Shown here: positions 13,118 to 26,484 of the stretch, piece after piece
Layout of the letters: every line of letters starts with the position of its first letter
Numbering within the stretch: the stretch's first letter is position 1
From: Octopus sinensis
Taxonomy: Eukaryota
NCBI RefSeq assembly: GCF_006345805.1
Contig: NW_021834712.1
Coordinates: 1 to 45,461, forward strand
Direction: 5' to 3'
Length of the DNA: 45,461 nt
Notes under the pieces: generated by a model
Told to the model about the DNA's origin: nothing
Seen by the model: only the letters and a program-made list of their open reading frames with translations
Database searches by the model: none
Translations under genes and position numbers: made by a program

Positions 13118-13311
13118 GGTGACGAGTTGGCTGAGTCGTTAGCGCGCCGGGTGAAATGCCACTATGTTCTGAGTTCAAATTCCGTCGAGGTCGACTTTTA
13201 TCATTTTATCATTTTAGGGTCGATAAAGTAAGCATCAGTTGAACACTGGGGTCGATGTAATCGACTTATCCTCTCCCCTAACTCTGCTGCCCTTGTGGCA
13301 AATTTGAAACC
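13118..13311 (+). mobile_element. SINE family C, copy C4 (internally deleted)
   Basis: GGTGACGAGTTGGCTGAGTCGTTAG..GAGTTCAAATTCCG..CCTTGTGGCAAATTTGAAACC. Confidence 0.8.
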
Positions 13312-14147
13312 ATTATTTCTCGTAGGTTAAATCTAAAATGAAATGAAAAATTGAGTAAGTTATCAGCTGTTGAAGTGTTTATACATTTTGGCAATACTTT
13401 GTATATACATAGAGATACGCTCACATTTCTCAATAGTTCAACTTTGAGACAGGAAAGAAAGCGCAAGTCAGTAGATTTGCTAACCTTTGACTACGAGCCT
13501 GACCTCAATGCCTATAAGAAGGTAGATAAGGCTAAGCATCCAGTAGCTAGTGCTGAAGTGAGAAGTATGGAATTTTTGTCTTTCTTAATCCCGAAAATAA
13601 TAACTTGCCACCTGAACAATAATGCAGAACCTAATATTTTTATTTCTATATTCAGCTATTTATTTATTCATTCATGTGGTTGCCCAGCGACATTTTAATG
13701 GAACATTCCATTCTTTTGCTATTTTGCTTTTTTTATATACATGTTATATTAATTCTTCACTTTCAGTTTATTCTTCTTTGACAGTTTCCAACATACCTCT
13801 TTCATTTTATGATTCGTAACGCAACCGAAGAAGTTTGACAATTTAACCCTCAAATTACCAAGGGGGGAAAACTCATACACATCTTACACTAATGTATATG
13901 CTACGAACATTCTCTGAATGACTATTCCTTCGTATACACCTTGTCATTTTATACAGTTGCAGAGATAGATATATCATCGATTTCTTGTATCACCTTGGAA
14001 GATTTATAAGATTATGTAGTTCCAAACAAGAGATGGGCTTTTACAATTGTGTAGAGTTTGATTGGTCACAGCATAAATTTATCTGTTATGTTGTGGGCTG
14101 ATATTATCTGCTAATACGAAGATATGTGTATACTTGTACAAAATGTA

Positions 14148-14200
<53 letters not shown>

Positions 14201-14274
14201 TTAAGTAGTAACATGACTTTATATACGTGAACACTGTGTATCTAAGTATATATCCATTTCCTTATATATAAATA

Positions 14275-14308
<34 letters not shown>

Positions 14309-14400
14309 ATAATATAATAATATATAGAAGTATATATCTATTTGTACACACAAACACACACACACACATACATACATACATACATACATACATACATACA

Positions 14401-14435
<35 letters not shown>

Positions 14436-14692
14436 GTATATAGCGTATGCAAGCGAAACAGAAATATATTGTCCTATTATATATACATATAAACGCAAAT
14501 ACAAACACACATATACACAGATGCGTACGCCAGCAAGGAGCAACACAAACGCACACTCCAAAATACATATGTGCACGTACCTTTTTTGCTTGTGAATGAA
14601 TATATTTGCCTGCTTGGATATATGAGTGGCCTAGGTTTATGTGGTTATGTATGTAGCTATGCATCCTATACATCTACTTCTCTGTTCCGTTA

Positions 14693-14729
<37 letters not shown>

Positions 14730-16244
14730 CAATATGTAGGAGGACTGCAAATAAATATAATTTAAATGCCAGAAAGTTAGATGACTATATCATTTTTCAC
14801 ATAATTGTTCAGAAATTTCATCGAACATAAAATAAAGTGCTAAGTATGACAACCATATACTTACACAGTTGTGCTAGCAAAGTTGAATGTTTAACAGTTT
14901 GCACGAATTGATTTCCTGAACAGAAGGACCTTGCCGTGCTTTAGAATTATACGGAGTAAATCACATATCGATAATTTTAGTGATAAAAGATTATTTATTT
15001 GTCTTTGTGCAACAAGGAATCTTTAATGTGTGAGTATGTTGTAAGGAGGATGGTTTATTCGCCATTGAATATTAGTAATGGAATTGAATATGTACTAAAT
15101 TGCTGGTAATAAATTTGTATTTTCCCTTCTGTGGTGTTTGTCGTAAGGAATGGAAAATGTCTATAACCCTCGCTGGAGATACTCCAAATTTTCTGGAAGT
15201 GCTGTTTAGAGTGAACAGCAGTAAGCGGTCGACTATACGAAAAACATGGGTGCCGACGGAATTGCACAAGGGTGACTTTGGAGGGGCAAAAGAGGGATTA
15301 CGAATTTTGATTTGCTTGGATATAGGAAAGAAGTAGAATGGCTGGTTTATCGTCAGTGGTGACAGAATATATTTATAACGTGTGCTGGAGATCCTCCAAG
15401 GTTGGTCAGTTTCAAGTGAGATATTTTTAGATTGAACGACTGCTTATAGTTGACAGTACAAGAAACATGGTCGCCGACGAAATTGCACTGATTTGACATT
15501 GAGGAGAAAAAAGAAGGGTTGAGAACTGGGATTAATGTGAACCTCATTCGAAGAAATTCATAATGGGTTGATTAATGATAAATAGGCTTCAATGCCAAGT
15601 GGAATTCATTTGAAGTTTACATGTAACTCGGTGTGGAATATAACTGACGAATTGTAATGTGGCGTTTGCGTGTGGAATAGAATTTCTGTTGCTATTCGTT
15701 CCAGTTTTCAATATTCCGCCGACATTACCCATTACTGAGTACTTTATTTATCGATAAAGTACCAAGCAAGTAGTCGAGTCGATTGTTCTTTTTTTTATTT
15801 TCTATTCTCTCGCCATTCTTCTCTGAATAAAGTTGGCTGAAATCAATTGGAAACGTAATGGATTCTGCGGGTTTTAAAGCTCCAAGGCTTGCTATGTGTC
15901 ACGACGGCGATCTATGCACTCATTTCCGAAGTTGAAGATTTATAGCAGTAAAATTTGTAGGCAGATACGTGAGGTGCAACCTCTGAGCAGTAGAGGCCGT
16001 TGTAGTATCGGTATATGAGGACTAGACCATTGGAGAGTCCGGATTAACAAGTCACAGGCTTGTTGCCGATGCAGTCAAAGTTATTTGTGTCTTATAAAAT
16101 ATCAGTACAATCCCAGATCTAAAAGTAATACTTCATAAAAGATCCACACCTGATGGATTTAGAAGAAAAGAACGAAGCACTACTGAAGAGATTTGCAGAG
16201 ATTTATAATCTCTATACGCCATAGGGACATACGTAGCGTTTATT

Positions 16245-16630
16245 TGAATGTAGCAAGGATGGCACATGTGAATGACGGAGCCAGCTTGAGCATAATCCTA
16301 TGAACCAAAAGGAAAAAAGACGAAAGGAAAAAAGAGAGCCACTTACTGTAATGTGTTTTCTTTTTGCATGACACTATTGGCCAAGGTTCCCGTGGTCTTT
16401 TCCGTAGGCTTTTCTATCTACGGACAAACTTAATCTGTTTTCCCTTTTTACATTGACATTTCTGTGATACACGATCCTTATTGATCGGCTCAACTTTTTT
16501 TGGCCACGATCCCTTTTGATCGGAATTCGCTTCCCACCTTTTTGGTTTTCTTTTTCTTCTTCCCCAACAGAAAAGCTCTACTTTGTATTTTGGCCCTTCT
16601 GTGTTCAGCCCTCCATGGCCAATAAAGAAA
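16245..16630 (+). mobile_element. Older, diverged Tx1 3' fragment (copy 5): ORF2 C-terminus plus 3' UTR
   Basis: TGAATGTAGCAAGGATGGCAC..AATGACGGAGCC..CTATGAACC matches the ORF2 end of copy 3 (stop at 16301-16303). CCGTGGTCTTTTCCGTAGGCTTTTC and a terminal AATAAAGAAA follow. Confidence 0.8.
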
Positions 16631-17479
16631 TCTATTTACTTTTTTATATATTTATGCAGAATATGGCGGTAGATTGGCAGACTTGGCAAACCCTTCAAAG
16701 TGTCGGAAGAAAGGGTTTATTATATTTAGATATAGCCCTCGACATTTTTTGAATTCCAAAGCCATTTGAGAATGACTTTTCCTTCCATATTTCGTGGTTT
16801 ATAAAGTATAATACCAGTCAAATATTGGGTGTTCACTATAAAGGGATTATATTAGAACCCAAAATAATTTGTGATTTTGTCTTCGGCTGTTTTCTGTGTC
16901 CGAGAATTTTACTTTTCTCCTGATTCAGCAGTTCCTCTCTTTTGACGGCCAGTCGTCCAATGAAATAGGGCGGTAAAAATATATCAAGGAAGTGCATGCT
17001 TCGTGTTTGGCTGTTCTTGTAAACTTAATATTCTTTATGTTTACTTCATTTTCTTTTTCTATTAATTAAAAAAAAACGGTTGGTCATAGCATCGCTTAGA
17101 GAATCTAAACTTCAGGTCCCAGGATTTGACTCATTTTCAGCCGTAATTATGGTTGGTTTTCGCAGGCCTTTGTAATGGTGGAAACTGAATGCTTTACCTG
17201 TCTTATCTAACTTCGGTGATGTTTCGTCCTGTTTAACTTTAATTTCTAACCGCTGCCTTTTTGTAGAATAGCTATGTTGCTTATGTATTCCAGCTATTTG
17301 ATATTAAATATTGTGTGGTGATTTTTTTTTTTTACTGGGGAAACGATCCCAATTTTTGAGGACTCGACGATAAAGAACTCATGTTTTAGAAACGCAAAAT
17401 GATTTTGAAGCGTCAAGATAGAGGGTTAGATATTTCGCTCTTGAAGACCCATCTTCCTTCTTTTTAATCCATTCCTGTA

Positions 17480-17880
17480 TTCAATATCATTTATAGAAGT
17501 ACATCAGTTGGAAAAAATGCTTAAAAGAATGGGAAGCTATCATCTTATTCCAAACATGCATTAGAAGATATGATGCTATTGAAATTCTGGAAGCTCTACT
17601 ACAGAGTAGGTCTGGCAAAGAGTTTAATTTTCTTGATAGTCACTGAGAATCCCAGCCGATTGCATGAACTAGTAAAGTTGTTGGCGGCTTCCTGGATATT
17701 CCAGTGTGTATGAGAGAGAGAGAGTAGCACAGTCGCCTGCTTATTCAAGCATGGACGTGCGTTCGATATTGATGAATTGACGAAATCCAAATCTAGCTGT
17801 CCATTACCAAATGATATCGAAGAACAATACGTGTGTAAGAAATCGATAATATTTATTAGAGGTAACTTTGATTTCACGGC
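17480..17880 (-). pseudogene. Decayed RTE-like reverse transcriptase fragment
   Basis: VLLSLSHTHWNIQEAANNFTSSCNRLGFSVTIKKIK resembles the post-YADD RTE segment (AL.AH....LQ.....F...C...GL.IS.KKT). Confidence 0.45.
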
Positions 17881-18106
17881 AAGTTAATATTTCATTTTCT
17901 GGCTAGATCTCCATGACTTCACCGGTTAATGTCCTTGAAAAACAACTGTATACCACGCAGTCACACAGACACACATACACACACACACACACACACATAC
18001 ACATACACACACATGCACACTCGCACATACACACACACACACATATATATATACATACATACACACCCATTCGCACAAATACGTACATACTCATGTATAT
18101 ATATGC

Positions 18107-18159
<53 letters not shown>

Positions 18160-18218
18160 ATATATATATATACATAATATATATACATGCAAATACATGT
18201 GTGTTTGTGTGTATATAC

Positions 18219-18281
<63 letters not shown>

Positions 18282-18282
<1 letters not shown>

Positions 18283-18333
18283 AAGGTGGTGCTCCATCAT
18301 GGCCGCAGTCAAATGACCGAAACAAGTAAAAGA

Positions 18334-18335
<2 letters not shown>
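18282..18335 (+). mobile_element. 54-bp 3' end of SINE family D inside (TA)n
   Basis: AAAGGTGGTGCTCCATCATGGCCGCAGTCAAATGACCGAAACAAGTAAAAGAGT is nearly identical to 31866-31919. Confidence 0.8.
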
Positions 18336-18376
<41 letters not shown>

Positions 18377-19451
18377 CACATACATATACATACATTTGTG
18401 TGTGTATGTGTGTGTGTTAGTGTGTGTGTGTATAATATCAGGTTACGTTCGGCTGTATTACATTAAGCGTATCAGTTTGTAATACATATCATACAAAACA
18501 ATCCCTGAAATCTTGATCGCTAAAATACGAACGTGATTAATGTACCGATATAACATATAATCCATCATTTGAATATTATCGAATTTATTCAATCCAAACA
18601 TTACATTAATATAAATACACCTCGAATATGCGATCAAAACGATATCTAAATAACAACCAAAGATTGAAATAGTTATCTCAACCGTGAAGTTTTCCACCTT
18701 AGTTACTAATCGATTCCAACATTCCATAAAATACATATTTTATAGCAAACCTACTGTAAAAATTATCGCCAAAAATGCTATAACGTAATTATGATATTGA
18801 TGTAGCTAATTTCTCTTATCACAATACAGGTCAAAAGCAATTACAGAAAACAGCACAAAATTGGCTCGTGAACAACTTCATAACTTGGCACCGTTTTGCT
18901 ATCATCGCTTTTAATATGATCATCTCAGATATTTGCTGAAGGCTATTGTTCTTATTAATACGCTTATTTATGCTTTCCGTATTGTTCGCATGCATTAAAC
19001 CTATGGTATTAAACTACATTTCTCTTGATAAATGGAAAACAAAATGATATTTTCTACGCATGCGTAGTAATATCTGCAATCGGTTTACCGCTTAATAATG
19101 GAAACGAAAAGAGATGTGTTTGCTTGCAGCTTTAGAACAAATATCTGTATTCTCACCTTGTAACAGAGTCCTAAAATATCTATTTACCTGGGTATACGCT
19201 TCACTCCCAAAATTATGCAGAAGCACTAACGAGATAATTGTCTTCTCTTCTTTATATTCTGTCAGTGGCTTAAGAGTGACCACTTTGGTTTGAGGTTCTA
19301 CGCGGAGAAATAATTAATTCGGTGCACTTTTGACGGTTACTGAAAAGAGACTGGATATTGCGGTGTGGAACAGATATTGCACGAGGCCCTGTGTGTAAAG
19401 TACCAGTTTTCCTGTGTTTATGTATAAGTGTTTGTGTTTGTGTGTGTGTGA

Positions 19452-19508
<57 letters not shown>

Positions 19509-19509
<1 letters not shown>

Positions 19510-19730
19510 AGGCGCATGTTTTAGTGGCTAGCATGTTGCACTCACGATTTTTCGATCGTGGGTTCGATTCCCAGACCGGGCGCTGCGTCGTGTTCTTAAG
19601 CAACGCATCTCGTTTCAGGTTGCATTGCAATCATTAAGTCAACTGACATGTGGCACACTGTGCACCTGTACAGGTAATGTCGATTTGATAGAAGGGAGAG
19701 AGCTTATATGTACACACATACTTGATTATT
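19509..19730 (+). mobile_element. SINE family A, copy 2 (3'-truncated)
   Basis: B box GGTTCGATTCC at 19561-19571; colinear with 2900-3115. Confidence 0.8.
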
Positions 19731-20010
19731 GCTCGGAACAACTTGCTCGTGAAATTAACGTGCAAGTGGCTGAGCACTCCACAGACACGTGTACCCTTAA
19801 CGTAGTTCTCGGGGAGAGTCAGCGTAACACAGTGTGTGACAAGACTGGCCCTTTGAAATACAGGTACTACTCATTTTTGCCAGCTGAGTGGACTGGAGCA
19901 ACGTAAAATAAAGTGTCTTGCTCAAGGACACAACGCGCCACCGGGAACTGAACTCGCGACTTTACGATCATTAACCGAATGCTCTTAACCACTAAGCCAC
20001 GCGCCTTCAC
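19731..20010 (-). mobile_element. tRNA-derived SINE family B (CORE-like)
   Basis: The minus strand reads GTGAAGGCGCGTGGCTTAGTGGTTAAG..GAGTTCAGTTCCC..GTTGTGTCCTTGAGCAAGACACTTTATTT. Confidence 0.8.
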
Positions 20011-21577
20011 TTACATACATATATATGTTTACAAATAGGCACCGGTATACGTAAGTTCATGTGCGCCTGTGCATGTGTTCTCGCGTGTATCCGTGCGTGC
20101 GTCTTTTTATGTGTCCGAATGCATGTGAACGACAGCTACATAGCCACATAGATGCATGCAGTCTTCCATAATTACATACATACGCATGATCGATACAAGC
20201 CTACTACAAAAAATACTGCCTATCGTTTTTGGATAAACGCAAATAGGTCCCATATAGAGAAAAGAGCGTGGCAACAGTAATATTCAAACAATATTACAAT
20301 GTGAAATAACATAGAGTTGGTTATAGTATTATAGGTTTTAGGTTTAGCTCTCCAAAGGCATTTCAATTAATGGAGACGTGTATTTGTTCTACAAAAACGC
20401 TCTGAAAGATCCTTTAATTCGATCCGATACATGAAGTGACTAAAACTCCATGGGGATGTAAAATATCCTGTCGTTTTATATTTCAGCGGAGAGAAAGTGT
20501 TTAATGAAGCTGCCTTGGTTGAGAAGAGGGAGACTTCTTTAACTAGCAAAATAAGCCATCTATAAACATTGTAACAGTATCAATAACAATAGTCCCGTAG
20601 ATTCTCCTCTCGAGAAATTTGCTAAAACCTATCAACAGCCATCGAAAGGAAAAAGGAAAATCAAAATACAGAAGTAGGTTAGCCGCCATTACACGAACCG
20701 ACACTTAGCGCTCACGAACAAACAGAAATGAGTAAAGGATGTAAAGAATTCGAACATATTCTCAGCATGATTTCGGGTGAATATCAATATTTGCATTAAG
20801 AAGGCTCTAGATGAATGAGCAATTCTGTGACGAGTCGATAGAAAGCCAACTGGATTGATGTTATCCCTTATCGATCAACTAGCGAAATAACACTTAACGC
20901 AAATTGCAGCTCCAGGTTTTAAAGGATCAAATATCTTATTGTATTGTGTTGCATCTATCATTCGCCTACAGATGAGAGTTACCGAGATCGATGGAATTGA
21001 TAACACATAACTAAAATGGATCACCATCAACGGATAATTGGTTCCTACCATTAGATTGAAACAGAATAATGAATTCACCAGCCACCAGCTATGAGATTTT
21101 TTTGTTTGTTTGTTGTTATATTATATAAACTATCAATACCTACGGTGACTGCCGCTGTCAGATGTGGATGCTGTATTCTCACAGGTAAATATAAAGCATT
21201 GTTATGGTACGAAATTATAATACTGTAGGTTTATTGACTCTAAAAACATTTTAAATCCACAAATTGAATATCGCAGCGTGACAGGTCATAGAATCACATT
21301 AATAAATATTCCTCTACAGGGTGATGCAGCGTAAATTGGTTTTGGGATTCGGAATGTAAATAAGCATCTTATCAGTGATGGAGTATTTTTATACGAGCTA
21401 CAGAGTGACTACCGTGCAAAAGTCTCCCCTAAATGTATGATGAAACTCTCCTTCCTGATCCCTTTTAAAAAATTATCAGTGGATGGTGAAATTCGTGCGC
21501 CAGTTATACGGACAAAACACGTACCTAGGAAGCAGGGGAAATGCGTAAATATATTACAGTCATAGAGCATACTTAAA

Positions 21578-21783
21578 TGTTATGTATAATCTATGGAAAG
21601 GTTCTTTGAATGAGCTCCTCCAACATCATGTCGTGAATTGTAGTGTGGATGCCCCCAGACGAGGAAGTAGGCAAGCCCAATACGTAGATATAGAGGGAGA
21701 AGCACAGCTGAGTAGCAGTCGCAGTAGAGTAGCAGAGGAGCGGTGAGAGTTGAGTAGAAGGCATCCGAATGTCCTACATAACA
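21578..21783 (+). mobile_element. 206-bp LTR of an LTR retrotransposon
   Basis: Perfect 8-bp terminal inverted repeat TGTTATGT...ACATAACA, immediately followed by a PBS-like sequence. Confidence 0.7.
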
Positions 21784-21784
21784 G

Positions 21785-21797
21785 TGGCGACGAGGAT
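21785..21797 (+). promoter_or_regulatory. Primer-binding site (TGGCGACGAGGAT)
   Basis: TGG-initiated motif 1 nt after the LTR end CA. A second copy, TGGCGACAAGG, occurs at 21842. Confidence 0.65.
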
Positions 21798-22448
21798 TTC
21801 GTAGCTCACACAACCACTTGTGTAGTATTGCGACACAACAGTGGCGACAAGGTTTCGAATAGTATCGAAATGGAAGATTTACTGAAAGCAGTAGACTAGA
21901 GCAGAGAAGGCATCCGAACGTGCGACGTAACATGAATGATGATCCAGCTGCTATAAACGAAACACCACCGATAAAATTTACTTGCTGTACAAGTTATTTT
22001 TTATAAATTTTGATATCTCAACATTGATACTGCAGCTAACGCTTGAACGGCGCCGATGTCCTACCTGTTATAGCCATTGAGGAGACAATACAACAGAGTA
22101 CAAAGTGACCCAGTGATGTATCTCTGAAAACTGATGCGACTACTAGAGTTACAAACACACGTAAATGCATACATAAATGGCACACAGATAGCTATTTCAA
22201 TGCAATATTGCTTCAACTGCATTCACCGAGTATTTTGCAGCCCGGCAATCATTCAGCAGCATCAGTGCAGGTTTTTTTCACTCTTCCTCACATATTCAAC
22301 ATCACCATGTTTCACTGGTGTGACGATGTTCGTTTCGTTTCTGCATCGTTTGTGTTTTTAACACATGTCTAAGAAGAGATTTTCTCTGAAAGTAAATCAT
22401 AGCACAGGTATTTCTTGGGTGGGTATACATTTAGCATAGTATGGCAAT

Positions 22449-22488
<40 letters not shown>

Positions 22489-22979
22489 CTCTCTCTCTCC
22501 CTCTGTATATATATATATAGTATATATAAATCACAGTATGTGCGTGCGTATAATGACTAGCGCATACAGTTCAACAATTCTCAAACGATTTTCTCCAAAC
22601 TTTACACACACATCACTTATGTCCCATGGATGGTCATGCACTACAACATTTTGCCCAGAACTCTCGCGTAAATAGATGTAAATGGAAAGGATTTTGTCAA
22701 TTTATTTATTTCGACTATCCACATGCGCGTTGGCCCAGTCAGGAAACAGGATTTGGAAGCTGTCATTTTGTTATCATGTAGATAGATGTTTATGTTAATT
22801 CAAAAGATTTAACTACATCCCAAAGATGGAGGCTTGTATCTTTGTTGGAAACAGGCTCCCTCTTCAGTGGAAGATTTATACTAATAAAAAATAGAAGAGA
22901 CATACATACCTACAAATAAGTCACATGGCTAAAACAACTGGAGCAGAACTACTGCCAGCATGTCCAGCAAAAGCAATAT

Positions 22980-23760
22980 GGGACATACATCGAAATTATG
23001 AAACCGGTTCTGCAGAAAATGTTAAACATGAAATTCCTTGGCCCAGATCTCTACAGGCTGAAGAATTTCACCTTTAATCGGTGCCATCTTATACGACTGT
23101 ATGGGGAAATTTTCAAGGGCGCAGAAGAACTACCCCTCTGGTTATGAACTGCAACTTCTCTCCTTATCGCCAAGAACAGCCAAACCAGCATTGTTAAAAA
23201 TTACCGCCCAGTAGACTGCCGGAACATCATGTACAAATCATACACTGAGTACGTAACCCTTTTACTGCAAGATCCTTGTGCCACCACATTATAACACCTA
23301 ACCAAGCAAAATTTACAGAGAAAAAATATTAAAAACATCACAGGAACTTAAAGTTTGTGTGGTTGGATTACGAATAGGCCTTTGATGACTTGTCATCTGG
23401 TTAGAATATCAAGGTTTTACAGTTAGCCTAAGTCCCACAGCCGGTAGTGAATGCTATTGAACCAAGACTGTGCTTACCACTCTGCTCCTTAAGTCATTAG
23501 GAGCAACCAGATTCAGATAGTCTTCTCTACCAACAAGGCATCTCTCAGCCTGTGATAACCTTTCAGTGTCCTTTCTCCTCCCATTAAACACGCTATCGTA
23601 CATGCTCACAAAACAGAGTGGCCAAAGGAATGGATCTAGAAGTACCTCCAATCTTTTCTTTGTCGACATTCTGAACCCAATTTGGGTCAACCATATACAA
23701 AGACAATTGGACTTCATTATTCAGTTATCTACAGACATTGGAATGTAATTTGGTGAGAGG
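22980..23760 (+). pseudogene. Decayed RT of an R4/Dong-like non-LTR retrotransposon
   Basis: Ordered motifs NMKFLGPD (NWKAPGPD), KNYRPVDCRNIMYK, VWLDYE*AFD, DNLS..LLPLNTLS, NLFFVDIL (HLFxVDDL) and STDIGM*FG. Confidence 0.7.
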
Positions 23761-23951
23761 TCTCGAATCTTAAATTCATACAAAACAAATAATCAAACCG
23801 GCTCTTTCTCTATTAAATCTTAAAATAAAACTGAATAACGGCATACACACATACATACATACATATATACATACATTCATACATACATACATACACACAC
23901 ACATACATACATACATACATACATACATACATACATACATACATACATACA

Positions 23952-23985
<34 letters not shown>

Positions 23986-24462
23986 CATACATACATACAT
24001 ACATACATACGTACGTACATACGTTTGTACATTCATGAACATATATGCGAGTGTCTGTATGTCAGTAGGTTCCTATAGATAAGCACTATATACAGAAGTG
24101 GAATTCAAATAATTATCCAAATAAACCTAACGATTCCCTTCAGCGATATTATGTTTTTTAGAAGTTCAAAATGAGCAAGTCCCAATTAAGTCTGTATAAA
24201 CTATTTATTTTTCCAAGATTTTCCGAAATCAATCCCAAATCTTCCAATACTTCCAGAGTTAATAATTGAGCTAGACAAGATTGAAGGAGATGCATTTACT
24301 ATTTAAAAGTTATACACTTTAACGAAAGCGAAACATTTCACACATATACTTTTATATCAATGTATAGGTTTTTAAAATCTATAGATTTTATAAGTTATGT
24401 CGCGAGAATGAGTTTAGCATGATTGCAGACCACTTTTGTAACCCAGTTTTAAATAGTTTTTG

Positions 24463-24569
<107 letters not shown>

Positions 24570-24607
24570 TGTATGTATGTATGTATTATGTATGTATGTA
24601 TTATGTA

Positions 24608-25810
24608 TACACACATTATGACAGAAGTAGATAGATACCTTTATAATTATTAAGATTTATTTAAACCTGAAATTACGCATTCAAATTATTTATCAATTGT
24701 TATAATGTGAATGTTTAATATTTAGTAGACATGCCCTTTGGATTTTTCAATGCAAGGACGCTGTTAGGCATGTTAGTGATCAGATGACGAATATTCTCTT
24801 GCGGAAGTTTTACGCAGTAATCTAAAAAAAAAAGATCTGAATTTGAAGAGGCTTTCTTGCTCTTTTTATGAAGTGTCCCGTCCATCATGTCCCAGAGGTG
24901 TTCAATAGAGTCCATATCTGGTAACTTTTAATGCTACTCTCATCCAACAAACCTTGGGTCATTGTGACAAGCCGTGTGACAAGGAGACCTATCTTCCATA
25001 AATTAAGAGTTTTCTTTAATCGTTTCACCACTGGAGAAGATTGGAAGGAGTCCTTTCTGCAATATGGACACATATTTATCTAAGTTTATGTTTCCCTCAC
25101 ACTCCACCAGCTCTGATCAACCATTGCTCTAAATTGCTAACCAGACCATCACAAAATAGCTGCCGTTTTCATTGTTGCTGCAATATTTTCACGTCAAATT
25201 CTTGATCGCAGTCTCCAGACCCACACTCAAACATTGTCAGGAAATACAGCAAATCTGGACTCATCAGAGAATTTGGCAGTATCCCAAAATGCTAGTGGCC
25301 TCCCCACTATCTCACTGGTCTAATCTTTTCTCCGCTTGATGTAGGCTCTTCGAAGAAGTGGCTTCCTTCTTGCTTCCCTGCAAATACTAACCAAATTTGT
25401 GGTTAGTAGATGATCTGGGACTGAGATCAACTTGTTCTATTTCGTCAGATGCCTTGCAACGAGTATTATCCTCCACACTTCTCTTAGCAAAGAGAAGAGT
25501 CCTGTCAGATGGCCCTGGTTGATCTGTAGGGGATGATGTGGACTTCTTCCCCTCTCTGGTGTAGAAAACGGGTTCCCAAGGTTTTCTGCAATTATACGCT
25601 CATTATGTCCACCTTCGCTATGACCCACAATACGGCGTCTTTGAAATTCAGACAATTCCAAGTTTTCTTTTGTACATAGCTTGATTAAAGTGTCACATAT
25701 AAAATCTAACATATAAAAATGTCTATGAATAATAAATATGAATCTAGATAGAATAAACATAAAACGATGGTTTATGTAGGGTCTATTTACTTCTGTCGGG
25801 TCTAATTATA
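24608..25810 (-). mobile_element. Decayed full-length Tc1-family transposon (about 1.2 kb)
   Basis: TIR cores GACAGAAGTAGATAGA (24620) and TCTATTTACTTCTGTC (to 25797). Transposase pieces: ELSEFQRRRIVG..ERIIAENLG (HTH), SDESRF and SIEHLWDMM..LITNMPNSVLALKNPKGMSTKY. Confidence 0.85.
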
Positions 25811-26154
25811 TATGGCTAAATAGATATAGATATAAATATAACTTACACCCCACTCTCGCCTCCCCACATCCCAATACCAGCACACCACCACACCACACCA
25901 CCACATTACCACAAAACACCACCTGACCTCACACCACCACGCACACACTACCACTGACCACTTCCCAGCACCCACACCATCATCCACACACCGACACATT
26001 CATACACGCACACGTCGAGGTCACCAGTCCTCTTCCATACGCTCATACATACTTTCTTATACAGACGCATACGCACCTTCGTTTTTGGGATCACCTCTAC
26101 TTTGTTATATCCCCTTCTTCCTAGCTCTCCTGTGTGTCCCCTCTGTCCGGCATT

Positions 26155-26342
26155 CGCCATGATAGATTGCTAGCCACTACACATTTTTATTTTCTCTCCT
26201 TGTTTCTTTCTGTGTTCCTTTCCGTGGAAGAGCGTAGGCTCGAAATGTTAAAACTTTTTCCACTTCCCGAGCGTTAAACAAATACATCTGTTTGTTGTCT
26301 ACACCACCTGTCTTCGTCTTTTGTTTTTTGTGAATTCTCCAC
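26155..26342 (+). repeat. Repeat family E (PLE-terminus-like), copy 1, with a degenerate hammerhead-like motif at 26217-26254
   Basis: CGCCATGAT..TTCTCTCCTTGTTTCTTT..GAAGAGCGTAGGCTCGAAA is shared with 45366-45461. Confidence 0.65.
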
Positions 26343-26448
26343 TAAATATATATGTATGTGCATGCATACATATATACATACATATATGTGCATGTGCTTC
26401 CACATATATGTGCAAGTATGTTCTCACACGCACACACACACACGCTTG

Positions 26449-26484
<36 letters not shown>

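Noticed and set aside
13437-13564. Possible host coding exon (AG..STLRQERKRKSVDLLTFDYEPDLNAYKK..GT)
   Set aside because: Splice signals are weak, there is no recognisable domain and no neighbouring exons. It needs RNA-seq or homology.
20488-20672. Exon-like segment with TTTCAG acceptor and GTAGGT donor
   Set aside because: Stops occur in all three frames, and there is no evidence for a non-coding exon.
25250-25270. Minus-strand CTGATGAGTCC
   Set aside because: It is the SDESRF codon run of the Tc1 transposase, not a ribozyme.
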